Origin: Candidatus Kapaibacterium sp.
GTDB lineage: Bacteria; Bacteroidota; Ignavibacteria; Kapaibacteriales; UBA4661
Length of the DNA stretch: 64,000 nt
Assembly: GCA_025055035.1 (NCBI GenBank)
Contig: JANWZB010000001.1
Location: 4,785-68,784 of the forward strand
Direction of reading: 5' to 3'
Under the pieces are notes generated by a model. The model did not search any database. It saw nothing but the letters and a program-made list of their open reading frames with translations, and was not told the DNA's origin. Of the stretch, positions 50,717-60,934 are shown piece by piece. The position numbers and the translations under genes are program-made. Within the stretch, counting starts at the first letter, position 1. Each line of letters begins with the position of its first letter.

Positions 50717-53272
50717 TTATGAGTACTGTGCTGCAACAACGGACTGCTTTGCTTTGCGTGCATCCGTAAACCGATTTGTTGTGTTAATAAGGCGCATTGC
50801 CAGAGTAAAGATGAGTTTTTTGGCAATGGTAGGATTATTGTGCACCAGTTCGTCGATAGTGCAGTCGTAGTGTGTAATAACAGAATCAGTTTTCGCGATA
50901 ATTGTCGCTGTGCGAGCTTCATTGGTAATTTCGCTCATTTCGCCGAAGATTGTCTCAGGGACACTAAATTCAGTAATTTTGACACCCTCCTTAAATACTT
51001 CCACAACGCCTGAATGCATGATAAAGAATCCCCGTCCCTTTTCTCCTTCCTTCATAATGATATCACCTTTCTTCGCATGGATGCGTTCTTCGCGGTACTG
51101 CCGTGCTGCCGAGGTAAGCAGCTCTGTCTTCTGCATCGAAGACGCTTGGCCTGAAAGCGTAGCTATACTCTTGTATTCATCGGGTACACGAGCAACATCT
51201 TCCAAAGCTGCAGAACGGTCTAACCGAAACCGTGCAACGAGCTTATTGAGTTGTTCTGTGATAGAAGCAAGGTGATTGATAGTTTGTGCAACGCGCTCAG
51301 TCTCTTGGGCAGATTGCGAGGCAGTCGAGGCAATATTTTCTACGCTTGTCAAGATATGAAGACTTGTCGCAGATTGCTCTTCTGTTGCCGAAGCGATTTG
51401 GCTAATGCGGTCAAGTACAGACTGCGAACTTTCGATAATCTCTCGGAGCGCTACCCCTGCCGAATCAGCAAGAGCAATGCCTTCTCTCACACGGTTGCTA
51501 CTAGCATACATTAGTGATGTCGCACTTTCAATATCCTTAAGGATTTGGTCAAGCATTGCGCTAATTTGCTTTGTTGCTGTTGATGTTTGCTCGGCAAGGC
51601 GTGCAATTTCATCAGCAACAACAGCAAACCCGCGCCCTTGTTCGCCAGCTCGTGCAGCTTCGATAGCAGCATTCAGTGCTAGAAGGTTCGTGCGTTTCGC
51701 AATAGCCTCGATAGTTTGAATAATCTTGCCTATATCTTTGCTCGATGTCCCAAGATTTTCGATGTTGATAGCAGAGCTTTTGACTACATCAGCGAGCGAG
51801 CGAATGTTTTCAACGGCTTGTGCCACTACAAAACCGCCTTCAGCAGCCACTTTGCTATTGTCAGCAGCAAATTTGGTTGTCTCGCTAGCATTGCGTGCAC
51901 TGTGTGTAATTGCCTTGTTCATTTCTTCGAGTGCAGTGTTCACCTCATCAGATTGTACCCATTGCTTCTGTGCCCAGAATACTAATGCTTCTTTCGACTC
52001 ATTAATTTGCTTTGCAACGCGGCGGGTAAGCTCCACTGCCTCGATAACTTCTATCATCATTCTGCGGATATTGCCCACAACTTCATTAAATCCAGCATAT
52101 AAGCGCCCAATGTCATCAGAGCTAGAAACCTGCAGTTGTACGGTCAAGTCGCCCTGAGCAAGAGCTTGCATCTCATGCAAAATCGTCGATACACTCGTAT
52201 TCAAATATGCGCTCTGCGATTCAAGCTGATGCAACGTCTTATTGAGTTCTTCCTGTTGACGAAGCAAATTATTCTGCTGCGCAATGATCTTGGTATTGGA
52301 TTCGCGCAGCGTTGTTGCCATGCTATTGAATGCATGGGCAAGTGCCCCAATTTCGTCGTTGGAGCGTACGTGAACAATCTGTGTTTGTCCGCTTGCTAGC
52401 GCTTCTGTAGCATGTTTCAGCTCGAGCACAGGCCGCACAAGACTTCGCGCAAGGAAAAATGCTATGGGTAGCCCTGTCAGAAAGGCAAGAGCAATAACGC
52501 TGTACATCAGGCGTTCTGATGTTGCTGCCACGACACTTTTTTCCTCAATCATGTGTTTGCTTGTGCCGAGAGCATCCGACTCAATAGTGTAAAGCCTCAG
52601 TGATAGGGTATCAAGCCTTTTGAACACTGCTGAGAGTTTTTTGAATGTTGTGCGGTAATGGTCTATGAGCGATGCGGCACTTGCTTTTGTTGCAATAGGC
52701 AAAGATGATGTAGCCACACCTGCTTCGAGCACTGCTATGTCTTCATCAAATTCTTTAATATGCTTTTCCAGCTTGCGCATAATAAAGTTTTTCTCATCAC
52801 GGCGCACCTGAAGCAGCATAAGATTCAACTCGGTAAGTCGAATCTCTTCAAACAAATCCTCCAAATCGTGTGCACTTTTGCGGAATGCTCCTTCAATACC
52901 ACTATTTTCCGTTAAGCCACGCTCTTGCATTGTTTCAGCAAACATGTGCCATAGCTTTTGATACTGTTCAAGCACAGATTGCAGTGCTATTCGCTCGTGT
53001 TCTACAATCATCTCGGACAGCACAGCATTTCCTTGCTGCAAAAGAGTGTTATTCTGGTGTATGTAGCTTTCTTTACGTGTCGTCGTAAAATCAACGCGAT
53101 TGGAGCGTAGGTTCAGAATAGTATTCGCTAGTGTTTGAATCCTATTCAGTTCGTCCATAAGCCGCGCCTGCCTATATGCAAAGAATGCTACAATCGCCGT
53201 GAATGCACCCATTATACCGGCAAGACCAAAAATCTTCACAAATAGCGACACAGAGCGTATCTTGTCCAGCAT
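50717..53272 (-). CDS. methyl-accepting chemotaxis protein with two HAMP-like segments and a C-terminal cyclic-nucleotide-binding (CAP effector) domain
   Basis: Two TM helices flanking a helical sensor region. HAMP ([14 protein letters not shown]). MCP signalling hairpin ([34 protein letters not shown]). C-terminal cNMP-binding domain ([24 protein letters not shown]...FGEMS...RTATIIA). Confidence 0.85.
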   Translation of the reverse strand: MLDKIRSVSLFVKIFGLAGIMGAFTAIVAFFAYRQARLMDELNRIQTLANTILNLRSNRVDFTTTRKESYIHQNNTLLQQGNAVLSEMIVEHERIALQSVLEQYQKLWHMFAETMQERGLTENSGIEGAFRKSAHDLEDLFEEIRLTELNLMLLQVRRDEKNFIMRKLEKHIKEFDEDIAVLEAGVATSSLPIATKASAASLIDHYRTTFKKLSAVFKRLDTLSLRLYTIESDALGTSKHMIEEKSVVAATSERLMYSVIALAFLTGLPIAFFLARSLVRPVLELKHATEALASGQTQIVHVRSNDEIGALAHAFNSMATTLRESNTKIIAQQNNLLRQQEELNKTLHQLESQSAYLNTSVSTILHEMQALAQGDLTVQLQVSSSDDIGRLYAGFNEVVGNIRRMMIEVIEAVELTRRVAKQINESKEALVFWAQKQWVQSDEVNTALEEMNKAITHSARNASETTKFAADNSKVAAEGGFVVAQAVENIRSLADVVKSSAINIENLGTSSKDIGKIIQTIEAIAKRTNLLALNAAIEAARAGEQGRGFAVVADEIARLAEQTSTATKQISAMLDQILKDIESATSLMYASSNRVREGIALADSAGVALREIIESSQSVLDRISQIASATEEQSATSLHILTSVENIASTASQSAQETERVAQTINHLASITEQLNKLVARFRLDRSAALEDVARVPDEYKSIATLSGQASSMQKTELLTSAARQYREERIHAKKGDIIMKEGEKGRGFFIMHSGVVEVFKEGVKITEFSVPETIFGEMSEITNEARTATIIAKTDSVITHYDCTIDELVHNNPTIAKKLIFTLAMRLINTTNRFTDARKAKQSVVAAQYS

Positions 53273-53393
53273 AGCACACGTATTTGATACTGTGAATATA
53301 ATCTCCGCATTGCAACACAGGTGCGTTATTGTGCTGCATTACGTGCAACGTACAAGGTAAGATACAAAACCTTTGTTTTTCTTTTTGCATTTT

Positions 53394-54107
53394 TTAGCGT
53401 TTGTGCTGCTCGATAACATCACCTTGATGAATACGCACAATGCGTTGTAGCATCTGTGCAGTGTCGCTGCTATGTGTTGCCATGATTAGCGTTACTCCCC
53501 GCTCTTTGGCAAGCTGTACAAGAAGGTGCAGCACCGTTGTTCCAGTCTCTTCATCAAGATTACCTGTTGGCTCATCAGCAAGCACTATCATAGGGCGATG
53601 TACTAATGCGCGAACAATCGCAATGCGCTGTTGCTCTCCACCGGATAAGCGGTCAGGGAACGATGTGCGCCGTTCATACAGACCAACATACTGCAACAGT
53701 TCAAGAGCCTCTTGCGTGTGCGCTGCATCGACGAGACCATTCAGCTCCAAAGGAAGGAAGATATTCTCCTCTACTGTAAGCGTCGGAATGAGATGAAAAA
53801 ACTGAAAGACAAATCCAATATTCCGACGACGAAACATTGTGCGATCGTGCTCAGAAAGGCGATAGATGCTAGTGTTGTTGAGTACAACCGTTCCCGTATC
53901 GGGTGTATCTATACCCGACAGCATATTCAAAAGTGTTGATTTCCCCGAACCACTTTTCCCTACTAGAGCAACCGTCTCACCCTTCTGCACCTGCAGCGAA
54001 ATATTGCGCAGAACCTCCCGCTGAGAGTCTCCTTCCCGATACGATTTGCTAAGATTCTCAACGAGAAGAAAAGGGCATGGAATTGTTTCATGTATGTTAT
54101 GCAGCAT
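53394..54107 (-). CDS. ABC transporter ATP-binding protein (LolD/MacB/FtsE-like), no adjacent permease gene
   Basis: Walker A GKSGSGKST, signature LSGGEQQR, Walker B MIVLADEPTGNLD, H-loop. Confidence 0.85.
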   Translation of the reverse strand: MLHNIHETIPCPFLLVENLSKSYREGDSQREVLRNISLQVQKGETVALVGKSGSGKSTLLNMLSGIDTPDTGTVVLNNTSIYRLSEHDRTMFRRRNIGFVFQFFHLIPTLTVEENIFLPLELNGLVDAAHTQEALELLQYVGLYERRTSFPDRLSGGEQQRIAIVRALVHRPMIVLADEPTGNLDEETGTTVLHLLVQLAKERGVTLIMATHSSDTAQMLQRIVRIHQGDVIEQHKR

Positions 54108-54220
54108 ACTAGAAGAGTTTTGGAAGATTACGGAAACGTGCTAACTTGTTACTAGTTGTATCAGATAAAAAATTCAACGTAGCTGGGCACAGTTGTGCAC
54201 TACTACTTGATGGATGACGT

Positions 54221-54562
54221 ATGTACAAGCTTGAAATTTCAACGCACGAACATGCCGGTATTGGGATTGTCAGCCTAGTTGGAGAGATTGACGCTGCGAC
54301 AGCACCAATTCTTGAGATGGAGCTTATCCCTCTGGCACAACAGTACAACCGTCTTATTCTCGACCTATCTGCAGTACGGTCTATTTCGAGTATTGGATTG
54401 CGCAAGATTCTTATGCTGTATCGCACAATTAAAATCCACAATGGGCAAATCCTTCTTGCTGGTATGTCTGAATCTCTGCGAAATATTATGTGGGCATCGG
54501 GCTTTCTAAATTATTTCATCGTTGCAGAATCACTTGAGATGGGCATTGCTGCTTTTGAATAA
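54221..54562 (+). CDS. STAS-domain anti-sigma-factor antagonist (SpoIIAA-like)
   Basis: 113 aa with the STAS pattern of RsbV/SpoIIAA proteins: ...GEIDAATAP...LILDLSAVRSISSIGLR. Confidence 0.8.
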   Translation: MYKLEISTHEHAGIGIVSLVGEIDAATAPILEMELIPLAQQYNRLILDLSAVRSISSIGLRKILMLYRTIKIHNGQILLAGMSESLRNIMWASGFLNYFIVAESLEMGIAAFE

Positions 54563-54568
54563 ACGTGA

Positions 54569-55807
54569 TTGCGTGTCATGTCTTCATTGCATATATACCC
54601 TGCCGAGCGCGTACCACGCATTCTTGTTGTAGACGATATGCTCGAGAACCTTCAAGTACTGCGCGGACGGCTGCGCGTCAAAGGATATGAGCTTTACGAA
54701 GCTTCAAGTGGAAACGCAGCACTAGAATTACTTTATCACGCAAAGCACGACAATTCAACGCTACCAGACGTCATTCTCCTTGATGTTCAGATGCCTGACA
54801 TAGACGGCTTTGAGGTATGCCGACGCATCAAAGCAGATACTGAGCTCCGAGACATTCCTATCATTTTTCTAACAGCACGCGGGGATATGGACGATATCAT
54901 ACAAGGATTCGAGCTTGGTGCTGTTGATTATATTGTGAAACCTTTCCATGCAGCAGAACTACTCACACGCATCAAAACGCACATAGATCTTAAATTTTCA
55001 CAAGATGCCCTACGCCAGAGCAATGCACTTCTTACGCACCTCAACCACGAAAAAAGCGAGCTTATGAGCATTGTAGCACACGACCTCAAAAACCCTCTAG
55101 CAACAGTGCGCTGGCTTGTGGATATACTAAAAACCTCCTCGCTTTCTTCCGAGCAATACAGACAAACACTCGAAGCTATTTCGGCATCTGTAGAGGGCAT
55201 GGCACAGCTTGTTAGCAACTTGCTTGATGCGAACGCACTGGATGAACCATATCATTTCTCCAACACTCTCGAGTATGGCTATAGACACATATCCCCAGAA
55301 AAAGTTAATCTTGTGTTTATCGCAGCTGAGGTGCTCGGACGCTATGAGCACCATGCTCGCAAAAAGCAGATTACAACAACATTCCATAATACAGCAACTT
55401 CGGCAACAGTCTTTGTTAACTCCGAGATTTTGAAGCAAATCTTGGATAATCTGATTTCCAACGCCATCAAGTACACACCTTACGGTGGCACAGTGTCTAT
55501 TCTTGTTTATAATCCTTCGGAAAATCCTTCAGCTGTGCAAGTGTCAGTGCAGGATAGTGGTATCGGCATTCCATCCCACGAACAACACAGACTCTTTACA
55601 AAATTTGGTGTAACTTCCTCGAAACCTACAGGAGGAGAGCATTCAACGGGGCTAGGGCTTTATATTGTTAAAAAACTGAGCGAGGCAGCAAAGGGACGCG
55701 TTTCCTATAAACCTGCCATGCCACAAGGCTCGATATTTTCTGTTGAGTTTCCCGTGTTTGCGCCACAATCGCAGTATTCTTCCGACAATGACGATGATAC
55801 CACATGA
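54569..55807 (+). CDS. receiver-domain plus histidine-kinase hybrid protein (cytoplasmic)
   Basis: Receiver ILVVDDM...DVILLDVQMPDIDG...DYIVKPF. HisKA H-box SIVAHDLKNPL. HATPase N and G boxes (NAIKYTP, GLGLYIVKK). Confidence 0.85.
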   Translation: MRVMSSLHIYPAERVPRILVVDDMLENLQVLRGRLRVKGYELYEASSGNAALELLYHAKHDNSTLPDVILLDVQMPDIDGFEVCRRIKADTELRDIPIIFLTARGDMDDIIQGFELGAVDYIVKPFHAAELLTRIKTHIDLKFSQDALRQSNALLTHLNHEKSELMSIVAHDLKNPLATVRWLVDILKTSSLSSEQYRQTLEAISASVEGMAQLVSNLLDANALDEPYHFSNTLEYGYRHISPEKVNLVFIAAEVLGRYEHHARKKQITTTFHNTATSATVFVNSEILKQILDNLISNAIKYTPYGGTVSILVYNPSENPSAVQVSVQDSGIGIPSHEQHRLFTKFGVTSSKPTGGEHSTGLGLYIVKKLSEAAKGRVSYKPAMPQGSIFSVEFPVFAPQSQYSSDNDDDTT

Positions 55808-58113
55808 AGCATCTTGAGTGTTCTTCGAAAGAGCAGGAAAGACCAAAACGTCGCTTTACAATAAAGATGACGGCAGCAATACTTCTTGCTGCTGTGGCGC
55901 CGTCTTCGGTCGTTGGATATATTTGCCTTCAAGCCGCTCTTGCTGCTCACAAGCATGCAGCACGTGAATACTACGTTGCGGTTGCAGAACGCGTACAAGA
56001 CCATCTAGATCATCGGATTGACAATGCCTCAGCACTTCTTGCACGAACACGCGATATATTTAGCAACACCAGCATTACAGAAAGTTCTGCTGTAGAAATT
56101 GTCCGCGCATTGCTTGCCGAAAGTGACGAGGTTTCCGCTCTAGGCATATACGATGCAGCAGGACAGAATATCGACATACTCAGCAAGGGTGCGTCCCACA
56201 CACTGCCTGAACAGCTTTCCGAGCAGTATCTTCGCCAGCTTCAGTCTTATGCTAACTCTCAGCGCGTTATTGTCAGACCACCGCAAGCCTTGCGTGAAGG
56301 CTCTTCTGTTGGCATACCGCTGTGTGCTATATGGAGAGCTACGGACTCACATCAAGGGAAACAGCATGCCGGTACTCAAATTGTTAGTTATTTGATTGCA
56401 GTCCTCGACTATGAATATTTGTCGCAAGTAGTAGAACACATCTCTTCGCAAATGTTTTATGGCGCACGCAACCGCATTTGGCTTTGCGACTCTACACTGC
56501 ATGTATTCGCATCATCCGAGCGCGACCATGCTCGTACAAACATAAATATGCAGTCCTACGGACTGTTCCAACACACAGACATATCGAGTAGTGCGAGCTA
56601 CTGTGCTAGTACTATTCGCGAATACATCGGCAGCAATGATGTTCCTATGCTTGGCATTGCTCTTTTTGTCCCCACACTTCAGAGTATCATTGTAGTTGAG
56701 GAGCCACAAGCAACCATATATCGCTCGCTCGATGCGCTGCGTTCTACAGCATTGTTGTGGATAGCATGTGCTACGCTTCTATCAGGTGTTGCTTGTATCA
56801 TACTGGCGCAGCAATTTTCCAAGCCTATCCGTGTTCTTAGCAATGCTGCACATATGATTGCTCACCACAATTTTACTGTCGTTCTTCCTCGCTCTCGCAA
56901 CGATGAGTTCGGCTTGTTATACACGACTTTTAATACGATGGCAGCCGAACTCCGTACATATCATGCGCTCAATATTGCCCGTGTCATTGCCGAACGCAAT
57001 AAGCTTGAGGCAGTCGTTCGCGAAGCATACGATGGTATCATACTCCTCGACCCTTCCGGTACCGTTACTCTCATCAATCGCACCATACGCACATGGCTAG
57101 CACTACCCGATACAAGCTCTGAAGCAATTCACATCGACACTCTTGCAGAATCATCTCCTATTCTTATGCAGATTGCCGAAGCTTTCCACCGTCTTACCAT
57201 AAGCCCTAATGTAGTAGAGCACTGCGAATTATCGTTCACACCAACTAATGAGCTCCGAGAGCGCACATTGCGCGGTACTTTACTGAAGGTTATTCCGCAT
57301 GTTTCAGCTTCTGCGCTAATATCACATGAGCTATATCGTTCAGAACCTCCTGCAGAATACTCTCAGCCGCCACTTGAACCAATTGCCTACGTCCTTGTTC
57401 TCCGCGATGTCTCGCGCGACGTCGAAGCCGACAAGCTCAAGACCGAACTTGTAGCAGTAGTTGCGCACGAGCTACGCTCACCGCTTAATAGCATTATTGG
57501 TCTTGCTGAACTCATAGCAGACGGTATAGCAACCGAGCAAGAAATGATAGAATATGGACGTACTATTACCTCTCAAGGACGCAAGCTTGCAGGCATTATC
57601 AACAGAGTGCTTGATATTAGCCGTTTAGAGCTTGGGAAAACTGACATTCGTCGTGTTCCAGTGAACCTGTGCAATGTTATCCGTGCAGCTCTTACAACCA
57701 ACGCTCCTCTTGCCGCTCAAAAGTCTATACGCATAGAATGGAACTGCCCTGAGCCAGATGTAGCCACTGTACACGGCGACCCCGATTTACTTGGACAAGT
57801 CATGGTTAATCTTCTGAGCAATGCTATAAAATACTCGCCGCACGGCACATCGGTGCACGTCCATGTGCATCGCGAAGGCTCATCCATACGTGTTTCCGTT
57901 CGCGATGAAGGCTATGGTATCTCAGATTCATCGCAGCAAAAGCTGTTCACTAAGTTCTTCCGAGCAACTGACGACCAACGCATCAAGCGTGAATCTGGAA
58001 CAGGTCTCGGGTTAGCTTTTGTTAAACAGGTTGTTGAGCAGCACGGTGGCGAAGTAGGTGTTGACAGTCGTTTGAATGAGGGTTCGACGTTTTGGTTTCG
58101 GTTGCCTGTTTAG
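55804..58113 (+). CDS. membrane sensor histidine kinase (2 TM, HAMP, PAS-like, HisKA, HATPase)
   Basis: Start overlaps the previous stop (ATGA). TM helices at both ends of a periplasmic sensor region. H-box VAHELRSPL. HATPase motifs NAIKYSP and GTGLGLAFVK. Confidence 0.85.
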   Translation: MKHLECSSKEQERPKRRFTIKMTAAILLAAVAPSSVVGYICLQAALAAHKHAAREYYVAVAERVQDHLDHRIDNASALLARTRDIFSNTSITESSAVEIVRALLAESDEVSALGIYDAAGQNIDILSKGASHTLPEQLSEQYLRQLQSYANSQRVIVRPPQALREGSSVGIPLCAIWRATDSHQGKQHAGTQIVSYLIAVLDYEYLSQVVEHISSQMFYGARNRIWLCDSTLHVFASSERDHARTNINMQSYGLFQHTDISSSASYCASTIREYIGSNDVPMLGIALFVPTLQSIIVVEEPQATIYRSLDALRSTALLWIACATLLSGVACIILAQQFSKPIRVLSNAAHMIAHHNFTVVLPRSRNDEFGLLYTTFNTMAAELRTYHALNIARVIAERNKLEAVVREAYDGIILLDPSGTVTLINRTIRTWLALPDTSSEAIHIDTLAESSPILMQIAEAFHRLTISPNVVEHCELSFTPTNELRERTLRGTLLKVIPHVSASALISHELYRSEPPAEYSQPPLEPIAYVLVLRDVSRDVEADKLKTELVAVVAHELRSPLNSIIGLAELIADGIATEQEMIEYGRTITSQGRKLAGIINRVLDISRLELGKTDIRRVPVNLCNVIRAALTTNAPLAAQKSIRIEWNCPEPDVATVHGDPDLLGQVMVNLLSNAIKYSPHGTSVHVHVHREGSSIRVSVRDEGYGISDSSQQKLFTKFFRATDDQRIKRESGTGLGLAFVKQVVEQHGGEVGVDSRLNEGSTFWFRLPV

Positions 58114-58157
58114 GATGCGCGTATCTCATTGTTTCCTTCGTGCATATTCTTGCGCTT

Positions 58158-59669
58158 ATGATGAATAAGGAATACTGCTATTCTCGCATATATTACCACT
58201 TGTTGTCGATGCTTGCTGCACTTATCACAAGTATGCACCTGTCACTTTGGGCACAAGAAGAGTACAGCCTCGCACCCGGCAAGAAAATCATCATTACAGA
58301 CGCGACTTTTAAGAAGGGAAGCGCTGTTATAGAAGAGTCTCAGCGTCCTGCTTTTGCACGACTAGCGGAGTATCTTAAACAACGCGATCATTTAAATATC
58401 GAAATAGGAGGACACGCTGATAACACAGGCACAGAAGAACAAAACGTCAAGTTATCGCTCGAACGGGCTGAAGCTGTGCGAGAATATCTCATCCATAGCG
58501 GTATTGCCGCAAGCCGCATTCGTACTCGTGGTTATGGATCAACGTATCCTATCGCCGACAATGCTACTGAGGAAGGACGCACACGCAATAGAAGAGTTGA
58601 GATTATTGGTCTAACAGCATTCTCAGGAAAGCTCCTTGCTGGAGTTGACGGCACGGCGCTTGCTCCTGATGCACGTATTACTATGCTGAAGCCTGTGGTT
58701 CGTGTTATGCCTGCATGGGAGAACACATGGCACGAAGCTACCATCAATCAACCGCTCTACGAAGCTTTCAAAATCTCGACCGATGAAGGAGCAAGAGCAG
58801 ATATCACGTTTCGCAACAACAGCGTCCTGCACATACGCGATAATACTCTGGTTATGATATATGGCTTTTCCCCTCAGCAGCGCGGCTTGGTAAGTGATGA
58901 TATTGCCACAGTCCACGGACAAGGAACAAACGTTGAACTTACAAAAGGCGTCCTTACATTCAAACTTCGGGACATGCGCCAGTCCGACACATTCTCTGTA
59001 AAAACCCGTGTTTCCCAAATCGGCTTTAATACACATTCTAGTGACGCAGCAGCGAAAATCTACGTTGATAACCGCCAGCGCTCAATTATTTCCGTGCTCG
59101 AGGGTCAAGCATACGTCAAAGTTACAAACAACGACCCCAGAATAGGTCAAGTGTTACGTGTCTCCGAAGACTTTGGAATTATTGTTGGCGATAGCTTGTA
59201 CGCTCAAGAGAATGCATATCGGCTTCCTCCTATGCCCGTATTGCACGAGCCAATCGACCGCGTCGAGCTTACAGAAGGCTCTCAAAGTATTCGATTTGCA
59301 TGGGAGAGTAATGGGTATCCTGCTCGTCTCGAGGTAGCTACGAATGCTGACTTTAGCGAGATAGTGTACAATCAGGTTCGCCGCTCCCCGCAAGCGCATG
59401 TTATTCTTCCTGCAGGCAAGTACTTTGTGCGGCTTACCAGCATAGACAGCATTGGATTCGAGAGCAAGAGCCTGATTCGCGCTCTAGTTGTTGAGTATCC
59501 TCAGAGTGCTCGCATCACATCTCACCGCTTTCGATACCTCGAGCTCGGACTGTTTATTATCGGCACAGCAGCAGTGTGGGCTGGGATACTTATCAGTAAG
59601 ATAGTCCTTGTACGCATCGGCGTAGGGATGATACTTGCAGCTATCTTAATGCTTGCTTTTGCGTCGTAA
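58158..59669 (+). CDS. OmpA-domain plus FecR-like domain protein with C-terminal TM anchor
   Basis: Signal peptide. OmpA C-like domain (NIEIGGHADNTGTEEQNVKLSLERAEAVREYL...RNRRVEI). FecR-like segment (ITFRNNSVLHIRDNTLVMI...GVLTFKL). Two C-terminal hydrophobic helices. The ORF track starts at 58092, overlapping the kinase gene. Confidence 0.6.
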   Translation: MMNKEYCYSRIYYHLLSMLAALITSMHLSLWAQEEYSLAPGKKIIITDATFKKGSAVIEESQRPAFARLAEYLKQRDHLNIEIGGHADNTGTEEQNVKLSLERAEAVREYLIHSGIAASRIRTRGYGSTYPIADNATEEGRTRNRRVEIIGLTAFSGKLLAGVDGTALAPDARITMLKPVVRVMPAWENTWHEATINQPLYEAFKISTDEGARADITFRNNSVLHIRDNTLVMIYGFSPQQRGLVSDDIATVHGQGTNVELTKGVLTFKLRDMRQSDTFSVKTRVSQIGFNTHSSDAAAKIYVDNRQRSIISVLEGQAYVKVTNNDPRIGQVLRVSEDFGIIVGDSLYAQENAYRLPPMPVLHEPIDRVELTEGSQSIRFAWESNGYPARLEVATNADFSEIVYNQVRRSPQAHVILPAGKYFVRLTSIDSIGFESKSLIRALVVEYPQSARITSHRFRYLELGLFIIGTAAVWAGILISKIVLVRIGVGMILAAILMLAFAS

Positions 59670-59759
59670 GTGTAGCACTCCTGCACCTAATATCCTACAA
59701 GACTGCGTTTGCAAAAGGCTGCACACACCATTCGGACTACTCGCAAGCAGCAAGATGTG

Positions 59760-60749
59760 TCAGCTTAAAGGCGCTACATGTCGTGCTTGCGGCTTCATAA
59801 GAGCAGCACGTACCCATTTGCCCTTCTCATGTGCCATATTTCGCACCGCAAGGCGTTCTTTGTTGCAAGGACCGTCGCCATTAATAACTCGCATGAACTC
59901 TGCCCAGTCAGGCTCAGTATACTCCCAAGTATTTGTTTCGGGGTTCTTCCGTAAGGCTGGGTCAGGAATTGTTAGACCAAGCTCCCAGATCTTTGGCACG
60001 TACATGTTGAGAAACTGCTGGCGCATTTCATCATTGCTTGCAAGTTTAATTTTCCATTTCATCAGCTTCTCTGTGTGCACGGATATTTTGTCTGGGGGTC
60101 CGAAGAAATGCATCACAGGTGTCCACCAGCGATTCAGAGCATCTTGGAGCATTTGGCGCTGTTTTTTTGTACCTGTGGCAAGCGTTACGGCATTTTCGTA
60201 TCCATACTTCAGGTGAAATGATTCTTCTTGGCAAATTCGCTCGAGTGCTCGACAATACGGACCATAGCTGCCCTTCGAGTTTGTTACTTGGTTGATAATC
60301 GCACCAGCATCAATCAGCCATGCAATAACGGCAGAGTCTGCCCACGTAGGAGCAGGGTAGTTGAATACGTTTGAGTATTTGGATTTTCCAGAAATAAGAT
60401 CGTTCAGCATTGCTTCGCGTGATTTACCAAGCGTTTCAGCGGCATTGTACAGAAGTTGAGCATGTCCGACTTCGTCCTGAACCTTCGCGAGCAATGCAAG
60501 CTTGCGTTTGAATCCTGGAGCACGCGTAATCCACGTTCCTTCAGGTAGAGCTCCAATGATTTCTGAGTGTGCGTGTTGCTCTATCATCCGAATGAGCTGG
60601 CGTCGGTACTCACGTGGCATCCAGTCGTGGGGTTCTATCTTTTCGCCACGCTCAATCTTTGCCTCAAACTCAGCAAGCTTTTCAGGATCTTCACACATTA
60701 CTTCTGGCACTGCATTGGGCATGTCGCCTACATAAGCATTTCCGTACAT
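59760..60749 (-). CDS. paaA: ring-1,2-phenylacetyl-CoA epoxidase subunit A (PaaA-like ferritin-fold di-iron oxygenase)
   Basis: Strong similarity to PaaA throughout ([59 protein letters not shown]). No paaBCDE genes in the window. Confidence 0.75.
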   Translation of the reverse strand: MYGNAYVGDMPNAVPEVMCEDPEKLAEFEAKIERGEKIEPHDWMPREYRRQLIRMIEQHAHSEIIGALPEGTWITRAPGFKRKLALLAKVQDEVGHAQLLYNAAETLGKSREAMLNDLISGKSKYSNVFNYPAPTWADSAVIAWLIDAGAIINQVTNSKGSYGPYCRALERICQEESFHLKYGYENAVTLATGTKKQRQMLQDALNRWWTPVMHFFGPPDKISVHTEKLMKWKIKLASNDEMRQQFLNMYVPKIWELGLTIPDPALRKNPETNTWEYTEPDWAEFMRVINGDGPCNKERLAVRNMAHEKGKWVRAALMKPQARHVAPLS

Positions 60750-60870
60750 ATTCGTGTTTGGATTGTTGTGGTGAACAATACGCTATTGCAAGAACACACG
60801 TGCTTGATGGCATATATGCATACTATTGTAATACAAAATTAACAAAAAAAAGTTCACCTGCCAGTAGTGC

Positions 60871-60896
60871 TTTTCGCCATGAGCGAAAATTTTTGT
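60871..60896. terminator. terminator-like hairpin TTTTCGC-catga-GCGAAAA followed by TTTTTG (plus-strand sense) between two minus-strand genes
   Basis: Perfect 7-bp stem with a 5-nt loop and a U-tract on the plus strand. An A8 run 22 nt upstream could serve the minus strand. Confidence 0.35.
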
Positions 60897-60934
60897 GGTA
60901 CTATAATTCATGTAGCAAATGTTCAACAACAGCT

